From Pseudomonadota bacterium (GTDB lineage: Bacteria; Pseudomonadota; Gammaproteobacteria; Pseudomonadales; Halieaceae), in the NCBI GenBank assembly GCA_039178015.1, contig JBCDFM010000003.1, forward strand, positions 475-64,474: DNA of 64,000 bases, in the 5' to 3' direction. Positions 59,066-64,000 of the stretch are shown one piece after another. Under the pieces are notes generated by a model. That model had not been told where the DNA came from. It saw only the letters and a program-made list of their open reading frames with translations, and ran no database searches. How positions within the stretch are numbered: position 1 is the first letter of the stretch; each line of letters begins with the position of its first letter. Made by a program: the position numbers and the translations under genes.

Positions 59066-60466
59066 TTACTGTGCGCCTCCTGATTGCAGGCGCTGCTGCA
59101 TAACGTCATCGAGCGCTTTTACAGAATCAGAGATGTCAGGTAGCTCGACAGAGATATCTATTTTTTCCAGATTGCTAATTTCGGATGACATGGCGCGAGC
59201 CGCTGCACCGTCAGATTCAAAAAACTCGGCTACCCAGTGCTGAGACCGCTTGAGGCTCTCCTGATAGAGCTGTTGATTGTCCGACAGTAGTGCGACTTGT
59301 GCTTGTTCAAACAGCATGCGCAAGTTTTGTTTTACCAGCCCTTCCCATTGGGGATCCATTAGCGCCTGCATGGGTACGTCACGACGGCTGAAGCGTATGT
59401 AGTCGGATACTTTCGCGATAGCGGCCTGCCAGCCCTGCTTCAATCGAGAACGCCAGTCATCTCCCGTTCCTGTCGGCGCCTGTGTATCCACCTCGGGTAG
59501 TTGAAAGATCACTAGCTTTCCCGCTTGTTCACTGAGTGCTGACAAACGCAGATACATGCCTTCGACATCGACCTTGGGCACGGCTCGCAGCGCCGCCAGA
59601 TCTGACGCAATCGCAGCGCGCACATCATGTAAGGTGACATCGTCCATTTGCGAAAGAATCCCATCGGCACTGGTTAGTAGCGTTAGCGCTGCGGCGATGT
59701 CTTTTCCCATAACAAGGCGCTGGTTAGCCAGTCGCAACAGGTATTGCACCTCGGCCAACAACCAGGCTTCGCGATCGTTGCTGTTGTACTGAGCCAGTTC
59801 ATACTGTTGCTCTGCCACCTTAGTTTGCAATGCCTGAATAGACTGGGCGACCTGTTTTGATTGCTGTTCAGCATCCGTGCTGACGGTTTGAATTTTTGTC
59901 AGCGCAGTGCTTAGCTTGTTCTGCATCTCGCTGTCTAACTTCGCGAGATCGGCAGCGCTTACTTCCTGCTTCTCGGCTCTGTCCAACGACTTCAGCTGGT
60001 TCTCAATATCGGTGTAGCGGGCTTGAATCTCGCGAAAACTCCACGCAGCAGCACCGGCCAGCGCCAGCACCAGTAGCAGCGCGATCCAGCCCGGTGCAGA
60101 GGATCCGCCTTTGGCAGATGCTGCCGGTTGTCGATCAGTGGGATCCGCCTGTCGACTACTGGTGTCAATAGGGTCTGGCACCGCCGCTTGTTGCTGTCTA
60201 TTCGATTGGCCCGATTTCGTCTGCGGGGTATCAGCCACAGAACGATCGCGCTTGACTGTGCCCTGCGCAGATGCAGAATCTGCAGGGGTGTCAACTCCGG
60301 GAGCATCCACTCCGGGAGCATCCACTCCGGGAGCATCCACTCCGGGAGCATCCACTGCGGGAGCATCTAACCCAGATGCGCTCGCTTCAGGCCCATCTGC
60401 TTTTTTAGCGCGCTTCTTCTGAGCAGAATCCGACTCTCTTTTGTTTTTATCCTGCTGATCACTCAC
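59066..60466 (-). CDS. hemX: HemX-family membrane protein with repeat-containing N-terminal region
   Basis: 466 aa with an acidic/basic N-terminus, a (DAPGV)x5 repeat, one TM helix and then a coiled-coil HemX domain. It lies between hemD and hemY. Confidence 0.8.
   Translation of the reverse strand: MSDQQDKNKRESDSAQKKRAKKADGPEASASGLDAPAVDAPGVDAPGVDAPGVDAPGVDTPADSASAQGTVKRDRSVADTPQTKSGQSNRQQQAAVPDPIDTSSRQADPTDRQPAASAKGGSSAPGWIALLLVLALAGAAAWSFREIQARYTDIENQLKSLDRAEKQEVSAADLAKLDSEMQNKLSTALTKIQTVSTDAEQQSKQVAQSIQALQTKVAEQQYELAQYNSNDREAWLLAEVQYLLRLANQRLVMGKDIAAALTLLTSADGILSQMDDVTLHDVRAAIASDLAALRAVPKVDVEGMYLRLSALSEQAGKLVIFQLPEVDTQAPTGTGDDWRSRLKQGWQAAIAKVSDYIRFSRRDVPMQALMDPQWEGLVKQNLRMLFEQAQVALLSDNQQLYQESLKRSQHWVAEFFESDGAAARAMSSEISNLEKIDISVELPDISDSVKALDDVMQQRLQSGGAQ
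60291..60365. repeat. 15-bp tandem repeat x5 (unit TCCACTCCGGGAGCA) inside hemX
   Basis: Three perfect and two one-mismatch copies occupy 60291-60365. The repeat is in frame and encodes the pentapeptide repeat DAPGV. Confidence 0.95.
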
Positions 60467-60469
60467 TTG

Positions 60470-61234
60470 TTATTCTCCAGCGCTGGAATAGTATTCTGAC
60501 AGCGCGTGCAGCATTGCCTCATCTGAGGCGTTTTCGGCCACGATGACACGCGTGAACCCCGACCGCCTCGCGATATCCGCTACTCGCGCAGAAGGCACCA
60601 GCATGGCCACAGCGCTAAACTTAGAGGTTTCTGCCGGGCTAAGCAATGACAGCATATTGCGAAGCCCTTCACCACTGGTGATCATCACCAAATCAGTGTC
60701 CCATGCATTCAGTCTCTGTGCCAGATAGCCGGTCGCTGCGACCGCCATTTCGCGACGGTAGCAGGCTAGCTCATGCACCATAGCGCCACGTGCGGTAAGA
60801 ACATGTGCAAGCGTTTGTCGTCCCCCCACGCCCTTGACGATAAGAACCCGATGTCCGTTCACTTCAGACAATTGAGGGAGTGCCAGCAGGCCCTCACTGC
60901 TCATGTCTGAAACCGGAATCTCAGGCTTAAGCCCGTAGGCTTCCAAATCCTTGGCTGTACTGTTTCCTACTGCATACCAATGCATATCAGTGGGAAGCTG
61001 CGGCCAGTAAGCTTCAATCCAGCCCATACCGAGGCGTACCGCATTACTGCTGATAAAAATAACATGCTGATAGCGCTCAAGGTCTTGGATGCTTGCCATG
61101 GCGTCCGGTGATAACTCTGCCAGGGCCTGAATCCGCATCAACGCAAAATGATGCACACTATGCCCCATCGCCGCTACCGCCGAGGAAAGCGACTCTTCCT
61201 GACCCGCTGGCCGCGTAACCAGCACACTAGCCAT
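60470..61234 (-). CDS. hemD: Uroporphyrinogen-III synthase
   Basis: 254 aa in the HemD position, overlapping the hemC stop by 8 nt. Weak but typical HemD pattern (LVTRP...). Confidence 0.85.
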   Translation of the reverse strand: MASVLVTRPAGQEESLSSAVAAMGHSVHHFALMRIQALAELSPDAMASIQDLERYQHVIFISSNAVRLGMGWIEAYWPQLPTDMHWYAVGNSTAKDLEAYGLKPEIPVSDMSSEGLLALPQLSEVNGHRVLIVKGVGGRQTLAHVLTARGAMVHELACYRREMAVAATGYLAQRLNAWDTDLVMITSGEGLRNMLSLLSPAETSKFSAVAMLVPSARVADIARRSGFTRVIVAENASDEAMLHALSEYYSSAGE

Positions 61235-62156
61235 AGACTTCTGCTAGGATGGCGGCAGCACCCTGCTCCAGAAGTTGCTCAGCTACCCGCCGGCCCAAAT
61301 CTTCACACTGGTCAAGCTCTGCCGTACCTTCTGCACGTAACACTTGCGAACCGTCCGGTTTGCCAACTAATCCTCGCAGATGCAAACGCGTGTCGCCTTC
61401 TACCAACTCGGCAAAGCAAGCAATAGGCACCTGACAGCCGCCCTGAAGCTGTTTATTCATTGCGCGCTCAGCACTTACTCTAACAGCTGTGGGTGGGTGA
61501 TGCAGCGCTTGCAACACCTCCATGACATCGTTGTCACCATCACGCAGCTCGATTCCAACCGCGCCTTGTCCGCCCGCCGGTAACGAATGCTCAATGGGTA
61601 TAGATTGCGCAATTCGCTCGCCCATGCCCAGTCTTATAAGGCCAGCACTTGCCAGAATGATTGCATCGTACGCACCCTCGTCCAGCTTACGCAGGCGGGT
61701 GTTTACGTTTCCTCTGAGAAACCTCACCTCCAGATCTGTCCGACGCTCACGCAGCTGACATTCGCGCCGCAGACTCGAAGTCCCTATCACGCTGCCTGCT
61801 GGTATCTCATCCAATGATGAAAAGTGATTGCTGACAAAGGCATCAGACGGGTCTTCCCGCTCGCAGATGACGCCAAGGCACAGACCGGGGGGAAACTCCA
61901 TGGGCACGTCTTTCATGGAATGCACGGCGATATCCGCCTGTTTCGTCAGAAGCGCTGTCTCTAGTTCCTTCACAAACAGGCCCTTCCCGCCCACTTTGGA
62001 GAGCGGGGTTTCCAGCAGCTGGTCACCTCGCGAGGTCATGCCCAGCAGTTCTACTTCTAGAGCTGGATGCGCTTCTCGCAATGCGTTGGCGACATACTCC
62101 GCCTGCCACAGGGCTAGAGGACTCTCTCTTGTAGCTATCGTTATTTTTTGGGGCAT
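61227..62156 (-). CDS. hemC: Hydroxymethylbilane synthase (porphobilinogen deaminase)
   Basis: 309 aa with [27 protein letters not shown] and the cofactor-binding Cys region QGGCQVPI. Confidence 0.96.
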   Translation of the reverse strand: MPQKITIATRESPLALWQAEYVANALREAHPALEVELLGMTSRGDQLLETPLSKVGGKGLFVKELETALLTKQADIAVHSMKDVPMEFPPGLCLGVICEREDPSDAFVSNHFSSLDEIPAGSVIGTSSLRRECQLRERRTDLEVRFLRGNVNTRLRKLDEGAYDAIILASAGLIRLGMGERIAQSIPIEHSLPAGGQGAVGIELRDGDNDVMEVLQALHHPPTAVRVSAERAMNKQLQGGCQVPIACFAELVEGDTRLHLRGLVGKPDGSQVLRAEGTAELDQCEDLGRRVAEQLLEQGAAAILAEVYG

Positions 62157-62235
62157 TTATGCGCCTGGTCGAATACTGTGCCCAGCATGATACCAGCCAC
62201 TTTCTAGAGTCGCGATAGAGGGCTACCGGAATGGT

Positions 62236-62985
62236 TCAAGGCGAAACTAGCCGCGCTTTGACGTCTGATAGATGACGTCTACTGACTGTAGGCTTGAGGC
62301 TTATACCATCGAGTAGAACGCACCAGGGACCGTCGTCATCGCGCTGCAGCCGGATAACGTAGTCTACCGCGACCAACGCATTGCGATGTATGCGAAGAAA
62401 ACGATCTCCAAACTCACGCTCCAGTTCCTTTAGAGAGTCGGGTATCAAAAGCTCAGCAGACGTACTGTATGCAGTTACGTATTTTTGCTCCGCAAGCAGG
62501 CATCGCACCTGGTTTATCGGCATCGATTCCACTCCTCGATGAGTTTGGCTTGCAAGATGGGTACGCTGCTGAGCACCGCGCTCATCCGGCTCCTTTGCGA
62601 GCTCTGCCAAGGCTGATAGCTGGGCACGGTTAACCCTGCGAGCCAAGCCAATCGCTTTGGTTAGCTCTTCACCTCTAACCGGCTTGAGCAAATAAGCAGC
62701 AGCCTGATGTTGCAGTGCCTCTAGCGCATACTCATCGTAGGCCGTGCAGTAAATGACGGCCGGTGGTTGGTCTTCAGAGTCCAATCGACCGGCCAATTCA
62801 ATTCCACTCATGCCCGGCATGCGTACGTCAAGAAGCAGTAAATCGGGATTGTGCTTGCGCACTATTTCCAGGGCTTCCTCACCAGTGCCCGCCTCCCATG
62901 CAGATGCCTCTGGATGCGACTGAGACAATAGTCGCAGCAAGCGCTCCCTGGCCAGTGCCTCGTCATCGACTACAAGTATTTTCAC
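62236..62985 (-). CDS. algR: LytTR-family response regulator (AlgR-like)
   Basis: 249 aa with a receiver domain (MKILVVDDE...DLLLLDVRMPG) and a C-terminal LytTR DNA-binding domain. It lies upstream of hemC, as in Pseudomonas. Confidence 0.85.
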   Translation of the reverse strand: MKILVVDDEALARERLLRLLSQSHPEASAWEAGTGEEALEIVRKHNPDLLLLDVRMPGMSGIELAGRLDSEDQPPAVIYCTAYDEYALEALQHQAAAYLLKPVRGEELTKAIGLARRVNRAQLSALAELAKEPDERGAQQRTHLASQTHRGVESMPINQVRCLLAEQKYVTAYSTSAELLIPDSLKELEREFGDRFLRIHRNALVAVDYVIRLQRDDDGPWCVLLDGISLKPTVSRRHLSDVKARLVSP

Positions 62986-63093
62986 CCGCCAACCCTCACA
63001 GCAAACCGGTGTAAGTAAAGACCTTGGCCTGTTTGACGTATTCGATAGCCAATTCGCTTCATTACCGTCATTCGTTTTTGCGTCACGAACAAA

Positions 63094-64000
63094 CTAATCC
63101 CACAGTGGATAACTCAACTCCACGCGATACAGGCCATCTGCATTCACAATCTGCAGCGTCCCCTGATTCCCGTAAAGCACTTGCAGACGCTGGCGGATGT
63201 TCTCCATTGCGATTTTGTGCCCATCTGTACGCGCAGGTCTCTCCGGCGCCGGGTTTTCAACCCTGACAACAAGGGTATTTCCCACTGTATCTAGGTGCAC
63301 AAAGATTGTTCCACCTTCCTCCATCTGCGCCACACCATGATAAACCGCATTTTCAACCAGTGGCTGCAGCAGCAGGCTTGGCATAGGTTTTTCCGCTAGC
63401 GTCGAGTCCATCTCCCAAACAACCTGGAGCTTATTTCCAAGGCGCATCTTCTCAATCGCCAGATAAAGATCACATAACCTTTTTTCGTCTGCAACGGAGG
63501 TAGGCCGGGTATTCTCATTCAGGCTGACACGCAGCAACTCCGACAAATCTTCCACCGCCCGCTCGGCAGCATCGGGTCGCGACGCAATCAGACTGGCAAT
63601 ACTATTTAAGGTATTAAAAAGAAAATGGGGACGTATCTTTGACCTGAGCGAGTCCAGACGAGATCGAAGCTCGAGCTGTTTTTGCACCAGCAACTGATGT
63701 TGCAAATAGAAGTAGCGCATCGCAATACCCGTAAGGACGGCTGCTATAAGTAGGTTTCTTGTCATCCACCAAAGCTCACTGCCGCTTGAGCCGACCATCG
63801 GCAAGAGATGCCACGCAAACAAGCTACTGAGCCCAGTGACAACAAGAACAACCAGCAGACAAAAAATGCTGACTACAGCCAGGCCGAAGCTATTGATAAA
63901 TCGTCTCAAAGTGCACAGCACGGCTGCGCTGAGTAGGACAACCCACTGAACAAACAGCGAGTAAACGGCCAGCGTATTCCCCTCGGTCTCCCCGACTCCT
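63094..64000 (-). CDS. algZ: LytS/AlgZ(FimS)-type sensor histidine kinase, N-terminus beyond window edge
   Basis: His_kinase motif IRPHFLFNTLNSIASL plus a HATPase region (LLLQPLVENAVYHG). The frame stays open upstream of the track start (63921) to base 64000. Confidence 0.8.
   Translation of the reverse strand, partial: GVGETEGNTLAVYSLFVQWVVLLSAAVLCTLRRFINSFGLAVVSIFCLLVVLVVTGLSSLFAWHLLPMVGSSGSELWWMTRNLLIAAVLTGIAMRYFYLQHQLLVQKQLELRSRLDSLRSKIRPHFLFNTLNSIASLIASRPDAAERAVEDLSELLRVSLNENTRPTSVADEKRLCDLYLAIEKMRLGNKLQVVWEMDSTLAEKPMPSLLLQPLVENAVYHGVAQMEEGGTIFVHLDTVGNTLVVRVENPAPERPARTDGHKIAMENIRQRLQVLYGNQGTLQIVNADGLYRVELSYPLWD

Noticed and set aside
57821-64000. algZ-algR-hemC-hemD-hemX-hemY cluster as a photosynthesis-related novelty
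   Set aside because: This exact order is the standard Pseudomonas-type arrangement in non-phototrophs. Only the hemX tandem repeat is reported separately.

Overview
The window is 64 kb of a gammaproteobacterial chromosome. Its core gene content and local synteny resemble Pseudomonas or Cellvibrionales: grxD-argDF, nrdAB, fadBA, dinG, rpsT, hslO, moaA, gshA, dsbB, trxA-rho-ubiD and algZR-hemCDXY. I saw no tRNA, rRNA, CRISPR array, transposase or integrase.

The main result is not in the supplied ORF track. Two ORFs below the 60-aa cutoff on the minus strand (12404..12240 and 12228..12085) translate by hand to an LH2-type light-harvesting beta/alpha pair (pucBA). They lie upstream of a PucC/BCD-family transporter gene (9608..11041). 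This implies a bacteriochlorophyll-containing host, and an aerobic anoxygenic phototroph is my guess.

The puc locus has non-canonical content:
- An uncharacterised 205-aa repeat-motif protein, and possibly a 40-aa membrane peptide, sit between pucA and pucC.
- A second peptide deformylase gene follows pucC.
- A perfect TGT-N12-ACA (PpsR/CrtJ-type) palindrome lies upstream of pucB.
- Alpha-chain residues 44/45 are Phe-Trp, which predicts a blue-shifted B850 band.

Other points worth a second look:
- a lambda-P-like plus DnaT-like gene pair
- a divergent diiron-oxygenase / AraC-patatin unit
- two phasins with basic tails at opposite termini
- a moaA-linked MoxR-VWA-zinc-ribbon module
- a DedA::flavoprotein disulfide reductase fusion
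- a 15-bp x5 in-frame tandem repeat in hemX

Many six-frame ORFs are over-extended at the N-terminus. I give corrected starts where an in-frame start with a better RBS or a family-typical N-terminus is visible. All homology calls are from motif recognition by eye. No searches were run.
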